Of a DNA stretch of 49,515 bases, positions 1-10,953 are shown one piece after another (position 1 is the first letter of the stretch; every line of letters begins with the position of its first letter). The stretch spans positions 1-49,515 of the forward strand of contig CANQLL010000002.1 of the NCBI GenBank assembly GCA_947624705.1. Direction: 5' to 3'. Position numbers and translations under genes: made by a program. The notes below the pieces were generated by a model. The model worked only from the letters and a program-made list of their open reading frames with translations, ran no database searches and had not been told where the DNA came from. This stretch comes from an uncultured Bacilli bacterium. Its GTDB lineage: Bacteria > Bacillota_I > Bacilli_A > RF39 > UBA660.

Positions 1-297
1 TTTAAAGAAGAGGATGATTGGGATATGGGTAAATATACTGATGAAGAATTAAAAGCTGCTGTTAATGAGTTAAAAAGATTAAGTGGTGATGTAGAAGTTA
101 TGGCTGCTTATGACAAAGAAATGGAAGAAAAGCTAGACCGGATTTTAATTAGACAAGCAGGAATGGAAGAAGGTACTAAACAAACTATATCTCAAGCGGC
201 CTTAAACTTACATAAAAATGGGGTAAATAAAGATATAATTTGTAAATCTCTAAATATTACTTTAGAAGAATTAGATAAGATTTTAAAAGAAAGTTAG
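1..297 (+). CDS. C-terminal part of an Rpn-family / PD-(D/E)XK nuclease-type putative transposase (5' end outside the window)
   Basis: The frame is open from nt 1 (FKEEDDWDMGKY...). The C-terminal pattern (coiled EE/KL-rich segment, then ...HKNGVNKDIICKSLNITLEELDKIL) resembles the helix-turn-helix tail of Rpn/YhgA-like proteins. Assigned by pattern only. Confidence 0.45.
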   Translation, partial: FKEEDDWDMGKYTDEELKAAVNELKRLSGDVEVMAAYDKEMEEKLDRILIRQAGMEEGTKQTISQAALNLHKNGVNKDIICKSLNITLEELDKILKES

Positions 298-313
298 TTA
301 GCTTTCTTTTTTT
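285..313. terminator. weak AT-rich hairpin between convergent genes
   Basis: aaaagaaag (285-293) pairs with ctttctttt (302-310) and is followed by a T run. Only 2 GC pairs. Confidence 0.35.
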
Positions 314-2075
314 ATATAGTCAACTTATTTATCCAAGTACTGGAAACCGAATAAGAAGTAATTCCTTTTCCTGTATTTGGATGTTTATTAGAATAAACTT
401 GATCAGTTATAAATATTATTAATAAAATTGAAACTATTGATAATAAAAATTTATGATTTAATTTATTTAATAAGTTATCTAAAACTGGGGCAAGAAGATA
501 AACTATAGCTAAACCACCTAAACCAAAAACAAGTAGACCTTCAGCACAAATACGCCCATTTAAATTCAAGAAATAGCCGCTATAATCCCACCATTTAAGT
601 CCATGATTTATTTCTAAAAAATAAGAAGTGAAATATTCTACTAGACCACATAATACTAAAGTAGTTCCAAATTCTAAAGCTACATTTTTACGAAATCTAT
701 TTAAAAATATTAAAATCAAAATTCCTCCATAACCATAAATTGGTAACCATGGTCCATGTAAAGCTCCTCGATTAACAAAAACTCCATCTTTAATTAAATG
801 TAAACTAACTTCCCAAATCCAACCAATAAATGAAAAGATAAAAAACATCATAATAATATTTACTATTGTATACGATTTTAAGTAATTAGTATGTTCTACT
901 CTTTGGTCTTGCTCCTCTTTTAAAGGACTTAATCTAATTGGATAAGCCTCAGCGGCAATTATATTTTGATAATGATGTTTTTTATATTCTGCTACTTCTT
1001 GTTTATCATAAATTTCTTTTTCTTTTTTATTTAAAATACTTATACCAAAATTTTTAATTAAAAATCCTTTTATACCAGTTAAATTCATTTTATCTTTAAT
1101 TATTTCATTATTAGATTTTATGATATCTTTATATTCTTTTTGTAAAAGATTAATTGAAGCTTTTTCATATAAGTATTTATCATTTAAAAGATTTATATTA
1201 GGTATTTTATTCTTTAAAGCTATATTTCTTAAATAAGTAAAATATTCACTAAATGTTGCTACTTTATAAGGATTAGTATAAAAAATATTAGTTAATCCGA
1301 AAGTTAAAATTCCTAAAATATGCCAACCAATAAAAGATAGTTCTAGTTTAAAACATTCCCATTTATGATTGTACATCATATCTCTAGATAATTTAATAGC
1401 TGTACTTGCTTTAATATCAGGATTTTCAGCAATTATATAAGGAACTAAATAATAAGAATATCTTTTTATAATTCCCCCTATAATAGTTAAATTCCATAAA
1501 AATTTATAGATATATAATATAAACATAGAAAAGGCCGCTTTAAACCATTTATTAACTTTACTTAAGAATAAGAAGCGACTTTTAGAAATTTTTTCATAAG
1601 TTCTTGATTCTAAAAATATTCTTCGACTAATAACAACATAAGTATTAGTAAGAAAGAACCAAAGAAGAAAAATTATAAATAAACTTAATATTACTAATAA
1701 AATTGCCAAAAATTGAATATTAGCTCCTAAAACTTGAATAGCTTGAATAATTGTTATTAAAAAGCTCCCTGTAGTAAAGGAATTAATAAAACCTGATAAT
1801 ACTCCATTACTTCTTCCTAGGATATTATTATGATTTTCTTTTTTTATTTTTTCTATTTTTTGTTCTTCTTGTTTTTTTATTTCTTCAATATTATCGTTTT
1901 TTAAAGCCGAAATAAGATTACTTTCTTTAATTTCTATATTATTTTGCATTTTAGTTAAAGAAATTGAACTAGAAAATTCACTTCCTAAAAAAGCAGCAAA
2001 AAGACAAACCACTACTAAAAGAAAATAATGTTTTTTTAAAGTATGTCGACCCTTATTTTTTAAATTACTACCCAT
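312..2075 (-). CDS. polytopic membrane protein, apparent fusion of a DUF975-like N-terminal region with a CmpB-like (PF06541, putative ABC-transporter type IV) C-terminal module
   Basis: ATG at 2075 is preferred over the ORF-track GTG because AGGTGA lies 5 nt upstream. The N-terminal half has many TM segments plus a charged coiled insert. The C-terminal ~190 aa carry IGWIWEV...GPWLPIYGYGG, typical of the CmpB family. Confidence 0.6.
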   Translation of the reverse strand: MGSNLKNKGRHTLKKHYFLLVVVCLFAAFLGSEFSSSISLTKMQNNIEIKESNLISALKNDNIEEIKKQEEQKIEKIKKENHNNILGRSNGVLSGFINSFTTGSFLITIIQAIQVLGANIQFLAILLVILSLFIIFLLWFFLTNTYVVISRRIFLESRTYEKISKSRFLFLSKVNKWFKAAFSMFILYIYKFLWNLTIIGGIIKRYSYYLVPYIIAENPDIKASTAIKLSRDMMYNHKWECFKLELSFIGWHILGILTFGLTNIFYTNPYKVATFSEYFTYLRNIALKNKIPNINLLNDKYLYEKASINLLQKEYKDIIKSNNEIIKDKMNLTGIKGFLIKNFGISILNKKEKEIYDKQEVAEYKKHHYQNIIAAEAYPIRLSPLKEEQDQRVEHTNYLKSYTIVNIIMMFFIFSFIGWIWEVSLHLIKDGVFVNRGALHGPWLPIYGYGGILILIFLNRFRKNVALEFGTTLVLCGLVEYFTSYFLEINHGLKWWDYSGYFLNLNGRICAEGLLVFGLGGLAIVYLLAPVLDNLLNKLNHKFLLSIVSILLIIFITDQVYSNKHPNTGKGITSYSVSSTWINKLTI

Positions 2076-2087
2076 AAACTTCACCTA

Positions 2088-4094
<2,007 letters not shown>

Positions 4095-4117
4095 CTACAA
4101 TTAAATAATATCATGAA

Positions 4118-4600
4118 TTAACTTTTTGTACAAATTGAACTATTAATTAATCTTTTATAATTATGATTTAATTTCCAAAATAAATTATTAGGAATTTTAT
4201 AATTTAAGATTTCTTGATTTTCTAAAGCATATTTGTATACTTCATCATTACTAGTTATTTCTACTAATTCATACGCTTTTTTATCCCCATATTCGTCTAA
4301 AATTTGGTCTACTATTTCAGCATGGGCATCTAACAAAACTATAGTTGGCGGAATTTTATCTTTAAATTCGATAAAACCTTGAGGTAGGTAATAATTATAT
4401 ACTTCTTTTAACATAGGACCAGTATTAGTTATATTAAATTCATCATCAAACATAGGAATGCCAAATTTTAAAATATGCTCCTTTTGCATTAAATACATTA
4501 GTTTTACTAATTTTGATGTACCTAAATTAATTTTTTTGTCTATGGCCCTATTAATAATAGCATTAGCTATATGAATTGCCCATTTTCTTTCTTCACTCAT
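4118..4600 (-). CDS. Panacea (DUF4065, SocA/PanA-like) domain protein
   Basis: KLVKLMYLMQKEHILKFGIPMFDDEFNITNTGPMLKEVYNYY plus ...ILDEYGDKKAYELVEITSNDEVY match the Panacea-domain pattern (KLqKLlY...G.plf.e.f.A...GPv...vY). AGGAGGG RBS. Sits 13 nt after the pcrA stop. Confidence 0.6.
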   Translation of the reverse strand: MSEERKWAIHIANAIINRAIDKKINLGTSKLVKLMYLMQKEHILKFGIPMFDDEFNITNTGPMLKEVYNYYLPQGFIEFKDKIPPTIVLLDAHAEIVDQILDEYGDKKAYELVEITSNDEVYKYALENQEILNYKIPNNLFWKLNHNYKRLINSSICTKS

Positions 4601-4613
4601 AAGAACCCTCCTA

Positions 4614-6698
4614 TTAACTCAATTTATGTAAACTTTTATGATTTTTCATTAATTTTTTTATACCAAAATTTTTAGCAAAAGCAATTGTTAAAATTTTATC
4701 ACTTACTTCAATAACTACGCCTTTACCATAAATAGTGTGCATTATTATATCACCATTTTTATAGTCTGCATCTTGCTCTTGATAAAATTCATTTTTATCA
4801 ATTTTTTCTTTTACTTCTAACATTGGATTTTCTTCATCAATTAAATTTCTATCTATTTCTTTGATAAATCGACTCGGCATATTTAAATTATCTTTACCAT
4901 ATAACATTCTTCTTTTGGCATTAGAAATAAATAATCTTTGTTTAGCTCTAGTTATCCCTACATAACATAATCTTCTTTCTTCTTCTAAACCATCCTCTTC
5001 TAATAAAGAATTAGCATGAGGAAATATTCCCTCTTCCATTCCTACTAAAAAAACTACTTCAAATTCTAAACCTTTAGCACTATGAATGGTCATTAAAGTT
5101 ACTTCATCATCACTTACTTTATGTTCAGATATATCAGCAATTAAACTAATTTCTTCTAAAAAATCTTCTAGATTTACACTACCCGTTCTTTCTTCAAAAG
5201 AAGCGGTAATACTTTTAAATTCCATTAAGTTTTCGAGTCTTAATTCAGCTTCTAAATTAGCACTATCTTCTAATTCTTTTTGCATTCCACTTTTTTCTAA
5301 GATTAAATCAATTAATTCTGTTAAAGATAAATTTTCACTTTCTTTAGTTAAATCTAAAATTAAGTTTTTAAAAGTTAATTCTTTTCCTTTCGTAATTGCT
5401 TCAAACATCGAAACATTTTGTTTGCTTGCTTCTTTTTCTAACTCTTCAATTGTTTTCGCCCCAATCCCCCTTTTTGGAACATTTATGACTCTTCTTAAAC
5501 TTACTTCATCATCATGATTTAATATTAAGCGCAGATAAGAAATTAAATCTTTTATTTCTTTACGAGCATAGAAATAATAACTTCCTACCACTTTATAAGG
5601 AATATTAAAAGCTAAAAATTGTTCTTCAACAACTCGAGCTTGACCATTGGTTCGATATAAAATCCCAATATCTTTATATTTAAAACCTTCGGTTAATAAA
5701 TCTTTTATTTTATCAATCACTTGTTTAACTTCATGTTTCTCATCATAAGCTCGAAAGTATTTAATATTTAAACCTTTTCCTAAATCACTATATAAATCAA
5801 AATCTTTGCGTTCTTTATTATTTTTAATGACTGAATTAGCAGCGTTCAAAATCGTTTCGGTACTTCGATAATTTTGATTTAAAGTTATTACTTTGGCTTG
5901 TGGATAGTCTTTTTCAAAGTTTAAAATGTTTTTATAGTTTGAACCACGAAATGCATAAATAGCTTGATTAGAATCACCAACGACAAAAATATTTTGATAT
6001 TTTTTAGCTAGTAAACGACTTAACCGATATTGAACTTCGTTAGTATCTTGGTACTCATCGATTAATATATAACGATATCTTTGTTGATATATTTCTAAAA
6101 CTTCCGGATGATTTATAAATAAATTTACGGGTAAATTTAATAAATCATCAAAATCAACTGAATTATTAATTCTTAATTTTTCTTGATAAGCATAATAAAT
6201 ATTTTTGGCTACTATTTCGGCTTCTGTATTAAAAAAAGTTTCAATTTCACTCGAAGTTAACATTTCATTTTTAATAAAACTTATGCGATTTTTGATGTAT
6301 GAGGGAGCATAGTGTTTAGGATCATAACCTTTATCTTTTAATAATTTACGAATTAAACTCGTAACATCATCGCTATCAATTATTGTAAAATTTTTATTTA
6401 AATTTAGATATTCAACATTTTCCCGAATTATTCTTATTCCTAAGGAATGGAATGTTCCCACAAAAGCATGATGTTCTGGAACTAAAACATTTAAACGATC
6501 CCGCATTTCTTTAGCAGCTTTGTTGGTAAAAGTTATCGCTAAAATGTTATATGAGGGAATACCTTGTTCAATCAAATGAGCAATTCTAGTCGTTAATACT
6601 TTAGTCTTACCAGAACCAGCTCCAGCAATAACTAAACAAGGACCATCTAAATGTTCTACCGCCTCTAATTGGTTTTGATTTAAGTTATTAAGTTCCAT
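4614..6698 (-). CDS. pcrA: ATP-dependent DNA helicase PcrA (UvrD/Rep superfamily 1)
   Basis: Walker A AGAGSGKT, DEYQDT motif, QNYRST, VTLMTIHSAKGLEF and LCYVGITRA motifs. Sits in the classic pcrA-ligA arrangement. Confidence 0.93.
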   Translation of the reverse strand: MELNNLNQNQLEAVEHLDGPCLVIAGAGSGKTKVLTTRIAHLIEQGIPSYNILAITFTNKAAKEMRDRLNVLVPEHHAFVGTFHSLGIRIIRENVEYLNLNKNFTIIDSDDVTSLIRKLLKDKGYDPKHYAPSYIKNRISFIKNEMLTSSEIETFFNTEAEIVAKNIYYAYQEKLRINNSVDFDDLLNLPVNLFINHPEVLEIYQQRYRYILIDEYQDTNEVQYRLSRLLAKKYQNIFVVGDSNQAIYAFRGSNYKNILNFEKDYPQAKVITLNQNYRSTETILNAANSVIKNNKERKDFDLYSDLGKGLNIKYFRAYDEKHEVKQVIDKIKDLLTEGFKYKDIGILYRTNGQARVVEEQFLAFNIPYKVVGSYYFYARKEIKDLISYLRLILNHDDEVSLRRVINVPKRGIGAKTIEELEKEASKQNVSMFEAITKGKELTFKNLILDLTKESENLSLTELIDLILEKSGMQKELEDSANLEAELRLENLMEFKSITASFEERTGSVNLEDFLEEISLIADISEHKVSDDEVTLMTIHSAKGLEFEVVFLVGMEEGIFPHANSLLEEDGLEEERRLCYVGITRAKQRLFISNAKRRMLYGKDNLNMPSRFIKEIDRNLIDEENPMLEVKEKIDKNEFYQEQDADYKNGDIIMHTIYGKGVVIEVSDKILTIAFAKNFGIKKLMKNHKSLHKLS

Positions 6699-6775
6699 TT
6701 TCTATCATCCTTTCCATTATGTAATTTCCTTGCTTATTATATCATCATTTTTTACTTAATAAGTACTAAATTTTT

Positions 6776-7645
6776 TTAATTATTAACTTCTTCAAGTTTT
6801 CCTTGCACTTTATTTTCTAACATTCTCTTTTCTTTTTCTAATTCTTTTAAACTTTTCTTAGGAGTTGGCATTTCCTCGGGCATCATCCCGCCAATATCAG
6901 CAATAGCTTTTCTCACTTTTCTCCCAACTTCATAATGAACAGCCTTAGCATTATTTTCACCTTGAACATTATCTTTAATTAATCTTTGTTTTGTCTGATT
7001 TATTCTAAATAAATTGGCAATTAATTCATCTTCATTCATATTATCTAGGATATCTTCTCGATAACGTAATTTTTTTCTTTTGAAAATATCATCAGCTGTT
7101 TCTCCATTATATAATCCTTTATAACCTTCATTATGAAATTCGGCCATATTTTTAACACCAGCCGATGATGCTACCTTTTGAAGAGTATAATTACCTTGTC
7201 TCGTTAATTTTCTTTGATAAAATCTTTTTTCATCATCTGATAAAGAATCATATTCTAACTCCGTAATTTCTTGCTTCCTTGTTTGAATGGCAAAATAAGT
7301 TTGCCCTAAAGCTATAACTTCTTTACTAGGATCAGCATTTTGGACTATAAGATAGCAAGCATATCTCGAAAGTTTATATTCAACAATTTTTCTTTTTGCC
7401 GTTTTTCCTAATTCTATCATTTTGTTGACTTCAACAAAATGATCTAATACGTTAAATTTACTATTTTCACAAGATATAATTGCCTTATCTATTACTACTT
7501 TAAAATTTCGCCATTCTTTATACTCTAATGCTTTTTGTAATTCACGTGCATACCAATATTCATTTCCATTTTTATCTAAATGTTTTATACTTTCAAAAGT
7601 ACTATTAGTATTATTTAATTCTTTTTCTTTTAACTGATTTTTCAT
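6776..7645 (-). CDS. dinD: DNA damage-inducible protein D homologue
   Basis: Collinear similarity to E. coli DinD across the whole length (LSRYACYLIVQNADPSKEVIALGQTYFAIQTRKQE, ANLFR..QT, HYEVGRKVRKAI...GGMMPEEMPTP). The start was moved to the ATG at 7645, which has AGGGAGGAA upstream. The ORF-track 22-aa extension has no RBS. Confidence 0.85.
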   Translation of the reverse strand: MKNQLKEKELNNTNSTFESIKHLDKNGNEYWYARELQKALEYKEWRNFKVVIDKAIISCENSKFNVLDHFVEVNKMIELGKTAKRKIVEYKLSRYACYLIVQNADPSKEVIALGQTYFAIQTRKQEITELEYDSLSDDEKRFYQRKLTRQGNYTLQKVASSAGVKNMAEFHNEGYKGLYNGETADDIFKRKKLRYREDILDNMNEDELIANLFRINQTKQRLIKDNVQGENNAKAVHYEVGRKVRKAIADIGGMMPEEMPTPKKSLKELEKEKRMLENKVQGKLEEVNN

Positions 7646-7668
7646 AAAACCATTCCTCCCTTTCCAAA

Positions 7669-7693
7669 AGTATAACACACAAACTTTTGTTTG
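7669..7693 (-). promoter_or_regulatory. putative dinD promoter (extended -10 TGTTATACT) with an overlapping 14-nt palindrome CAAAC-N4-GTTTG
   Basis: On the minus strand, CAAACAAAAGTTTG (7680-7693) sits just upstream of TGtTATACT (7669-7677). The palindrome resembles the Gram-positive LexA (Cheo) box CGAAC-N4-GTTCG, with one symmetric substitution per half-site. Confidence 0.35.
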
Positions 7694-7755
7694 AAAAGAA
7701 TTATTCAACAATTTTGATAAACTTATGATATACTTTTATTAAAGAGGTGTTGTAA

Positions 7756-8145
7756 TTGAGTAAAGTAAAATTTAAAAGGGAACCAAATCATCCCTTATGG
7801 AAAAGCTTTTATCATGCTTTTGCTGGCATTAAAGAATGTTTAGTAAACGAAAGAAATATGACCATTCATTTTTGTTTTATGATTGCTGTTATTATCTTTG
7901 GTTTTGTTTTAAACATTAGCCTGCGCGAATGGATTACTTGTATTATCTTGTTTGCTTTAGTTATGAGTTTAGAACTTGTAAATACAGCCATTGAAACGGT
8001 AGTTGATATTTGTAGTCCTAATATTAATCCTAAAGCAAAACTAGCCAAAGATATGGCCGCTGGAGCTGTTTTACTTGCCGCTATTGCATCGGCAATTATT
8101 GGTCTTGTTATTTTCATTCCGCGATTAATGATGGTGTTAGGTTAA
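7756..8145 (+). CDS. dgkA: diacylglycerol kinase / undecaprenol kinase family membrane protein
   Basis: Three-TM DgkA pattern (FYHAFAGI, NERN, ELVNTAIETVVD, AKDMAAGAVL). TTG start with AAAGAGGTG RBS. Confidence 0.85.
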   Translation: MSKVKFKREPNHPLWKSFYHAFAGIKECLVNERNMTIHFCFMIAVIIFGFVLNISLREWITCIILFALVMSLELVNTAIETVVDICSPNINPKAKLAKDMAAGAVLLAAIASAIIGLVIFIPRLMMVLG

Positions 8146-8679
8146 ATGAATACAATTGATTTAAAAAATGAAAAAATTATTTATCAAGGCAAAGCTTGTA
8201 TAAATAAAGTAGATAAACAAATTGGTAAATGGCTGACTTTATTTATTAGTTTAGGTATATTAGGATTTTTCGCTTTACAAAACTATATTAAAATAAATTT
8301 ATTTTTTTATATATTGATTATTTTCATTATCTTTATATTATTTATAAGTTTAATCTATGGTTTAATACATAATTTATTTTTAATCAAAAAATATAAAAAT
8401 AATCAATATATTATAACTGATAAAAGATTAATCATAATAGCAGACAATATAAAAGAAGGACTTATTAAAGACATTAATTATGCGCAGATTTCTAATGAAA
8501 AAAATAATTATGGAAACTTAATCTTTTATCAAGCTGATGAAGAAAGTTTTATAAAAATGTTAAAAAGTAAAATTACTTTTAGTTTTATGGGTATAGAAAA
8601 TCCTCGTAATATTTTAAAACAAATTTTACATTTAAATCCTTATATTAATGTGTTTGATGATAAAATTAAATGGAAATAG
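8146..8679 (+). CDS. membrane protein with C-terminal bacterial PH-like (YdbS/YdbT-type) domain
   Basis: Two TM helices followed by YIITDKRLIII...INYAQISN...GNLIFY. The ATG directly abuts the dgkA stop (TAAATG). Confidence 0.5.
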   Translation: MNTIDLKNEKIIYQGKACINKVDKQIGKWLTLFISLGILGFFALQNYIKINLFFYILIIFIIFILFISLIYGLIHNLFLIKKYKNNQYIITDKRLIIIADNIKEGLIKDINYAQISNEKNNYGNLIFYQADEESFIKMLKSKITFSFMGIENPRNILKQILHLNPYINVFDDKIKWK

Positions 8680-8726
8680 TTGATATCCAAACAAATGTAT
8701 GATATCTTAGATTTAAGGTGAGGTCT

Positions 8727-9599
8727 ATGATTTATCTTAAATCTTTTAAATTATTATCCGATCGAGAAGAGGGAATTATTTTAGATACCGATATGCGAAA
8801 TATTTACAATAATTATTATCCTTTGCATATCTTTACACCCAAACAATTAAAAGATATTGAATTTGCTGATATAACTATTTTTTATGGTGATAATGGTAGT
8901 GGAAAATCAACTCTTTTAAATATTATTGCCGCCAAACTAAACGCGCAATGTAAAGAAAGAATTGATAAAGGTTCTTATTTTAATATTTACGTTGATATGT
9001 GTGAATATGATATGGCCAAAAAGCCAATAGATATTAAAAGAATTAGCAGTGATGATGTTTTTGATTATCTATTAAACTTACACGCTATTAATAATAATAT
9101 AAATAGACAAAAAGAAAGTTTAAGTCAAGAATTTTTAATAAATCGGCAAATGAAAGTCCATGGAGCCTATGAAAGTATGGAAATGTTAAAAAATATTACG
9201 GATGCCAAAACTAAAAATATGTCATCATACATTCGGCAAAGATTAGTTAACAATAATATTATTGAACAATCAAATGGTGAATCAGCGTTAATGTTTTGGC
9301 AACAAGAAATTGAAGAAAATGCAATTTATATCTTAGATGAACCGGAAAATTCTTTATCAGCTGAAAATCAATTAAAATTAAAACAATTTATTGAAGAATC
9401 TGTTCGGTTTTATCATTGTCAATTTATTATTTCAACTCATAGTCCATTTTTGCTAAGTCTTAAAGATGCAAAAATTTATGATTTAGATTCTGTCCCCACT
9501 GATGTTAAAAAATGGACAAAATTGAATAATGTCCAAACTTATTATAATTTTTTTCAAAAATACCAAAAGGAATTTAGAGAGGAAGAAGATAAATGTTAG
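8727..9599 (+). CDS. stand-alone ABC-type (AAA_21/COG3910-like) ATPase, no permease partner
   Basis: Walker A GDNGSGKST, signature-like SNGES, Walker B IYILDEPENSLS, H-loop STHSPFLLS. The ATG at 8727 is preceded by AAGGTGAGG. Confidence 0.75.
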   Translation: MIYLKSFKLLSDREEGIILDTDMRNIYNNYYPLHIFTPKQLKDIEFADITIFYGDNGSGKSTLLNIIAAKLNAQCKERIDKGSYFNIYVDMCEYDMAKKPIDIKRISSDDVFDYLLNLHAINNNINRQKESLSQEFLINRQMKVHGAYESMEMLKNITDAKTKNMSSYIRQRLVNNNIIEQSNGESALMFWQQEIEENAIYILDEPENSLSAENQLKLKQFIEESVRFYHCQFIISTHSPFLLSLKDAKIYDLDSVPTDVKKWTKLNNVQTYYNFFQKYQKEFREEEDKC

Positions 9600-10315
9600 A
9601 AGAAAAAGTAGCAATTATTACCGGAGGAACTAGAGGGATAGGCTTTGCCACAGCTCAAAAGTTTAAAGAAAATAAAGCTAAAGTAATAATATTTGGTTCC
9701 AAAAAAGAAACGGTTGATAAAGCTAAAGCTAGCTTAGAAGTAGATGGTTATTATCCTAATTTAAATGATTATGAAGAAGTTGTCAAAACAATTAAAGAAA
9801 TTAAAACGAAATATGGACATATAGATATTTTAGTCAATAATGCCGGAATGAGTGCCAATCAAAAGATTGAAGATACTAGTATTAGTGATTTTGATAAAAT
9901 AATTGATTTAAATGTAAGAGCTATGTTTTATGTTACAAAAGCCGTTGTCGAAATTATGCAAGAACAAAAAGCTGGCGTTATTTTAAATACTAGCTCTATG
10001 GTAAGTATTTATGGGCAACCATCCGGAGTAGGATATCCTATGAGTAAAAGTGGCGTCAATGGATTTACTAAATCCTTAGCGCGGGAACTTGGTCCTTATA
10101 ACATTCGGGTTAATGCGGTAGCTCCAGGCATAATTCAAACGGATATGGTTGCCAAACTTCCTAAAGAAATGATTGATCCTTTAATTAAAAGTATTCCTTT
10201 AAGAAGAATCGGCCAGCCCGAAGATATTGCCAACGCTTTTGTCTTTTTAGCTAGTGATATGGCAAGTTACATTACTGGGAGTGTTTTATCAGTTGATGGA
10301 GCAGCTCAAAATTAG
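9593..10315 (+). CDS. short-chain dehydrogenase/reductase, FabG-like
   Basis: TGGTRGIG cofactor motif, NNAG, catalytic S...YPMSK, PGIIQTDM. The start overlaps the ATPase stop (ATGTTAG). Confidence 0.85.
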   Translation: MLEEKVAIITGGTRGIGFATAQKFKENKAKVIIFGSKKETVDKAKASLEVDGYYPNLNDYEEVVKTIKEIKTKYGHIDILVNNAGMSANQKIEDTSISDFDKIIDLNVRAMFYVTKAVVEIMQEQKAGVILNTSSMVSIYGQPSGVGYPMSKSGVNGFTKSLARELGPYNIRVNAVAPGIIQTDMVAKLPKEMIDPLIKSIPLRRIGQPEDIANAFVFLASDMASYITGSVLSVDGAAQN

Positions 10316-10324
10316 GAGGAGATT

Positions 10325-10951
10325 ATGGATAAAAATGTTTTAAAAAATATCAGTTATGGCTTATATGTTATAGGAGTTAAAACTGATAAATTAGGAGGAT
10401 GTATTGTTAATACCGCTTTTCAAATTACATCTAATCCTTTAACTTTAGCTATTAGTGTTAATCATGATAACGCTACAAATCAAATGTTAAAAGAAACAAA
10501 AAAATTTAGTATTTCTATTTTAAAAGAAAATAGTAATCCCAAAATTATTGGCACTTTTGGTTATAAAAGTAGTAGAGATATAAATAAATTTGCCGAATTT
10601 GAGTATAAAGAAGAAGATAATATTCCTTATCTTTTAGATAGTTGTGGTAATTTAATTTGTGAAATCATCGATAGTATTGAAACAGAAACTCATACTGTTT
10701 TTATCGCTAATATTCAAAAAATGTTTAATTTTACCAAAGATAATCCTATGACATATAAATATTATCAAGAAGTTTTAAAAGGAAAATCTCCGAAAAACGC
10801 TTCAACTTATGTGGAAGAGGAAAAAAAATGTAAAACTATTTGGAAGTGTAACATTTGTGGATTTGAAGTAGAAATGGATGAATTACCTGAAGCTTATGTT
10901 TGTCCAATTTGTGGAGCACCAGTTAAAGTATTCAAAAAAGTAGGTGATTAA
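10325..10951 (+). CDS. flavin reductase-like domain fused to C-terminal rubredoxin (high-molecular-weight rubredoxin type)
   Basis: N-terminal flavin reductase pattern (YGLYVIG...GCIVNT). C-terminal WKCNICGF...YVCPICGAP gives the two CxxC pairs of rubredoxin. Confidence 0.8.
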   Translation: MDKNVLKNISYGLYVIGVKTDKLGGCIVNTAFQITSNPLTLAISVNHDNATNQMLKETKKFSISILKENSNPKIIGTFGYKSSRDINKFAEFEYKEEDNIPYLLDSCGNLICEIIDSIETETHTVFIANIQKMFNFTKDNPMTYKYYQEVLKGKSPKNASTYVEEEKKCKTIWKCNICGFEVEMDELPEAYVCPICGAPVKVFKKVGD

Positions 10952-10953
10952 TT

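Noticed and set aside
5086-5517. 143-aa plus-strand ORF inside pcrA. Similar antisense ORFs occur at 7866-8117, 14232-14429, 14943-15278, 19158-19346, 35911-36093, 36080-36277, 39687-39890, 42793-43017, 43156-43431, 44550-44948, 45101-45319, 49058-49258 and 49213-49407.
   Set aside because: Each lies entirely within, or antisense to, a strongly supported conserved gene. They have Ser/Leu/Phe-rich low-complexity translations and no RBS. These are shadow ORFs, as expected in AT-rich DNA.
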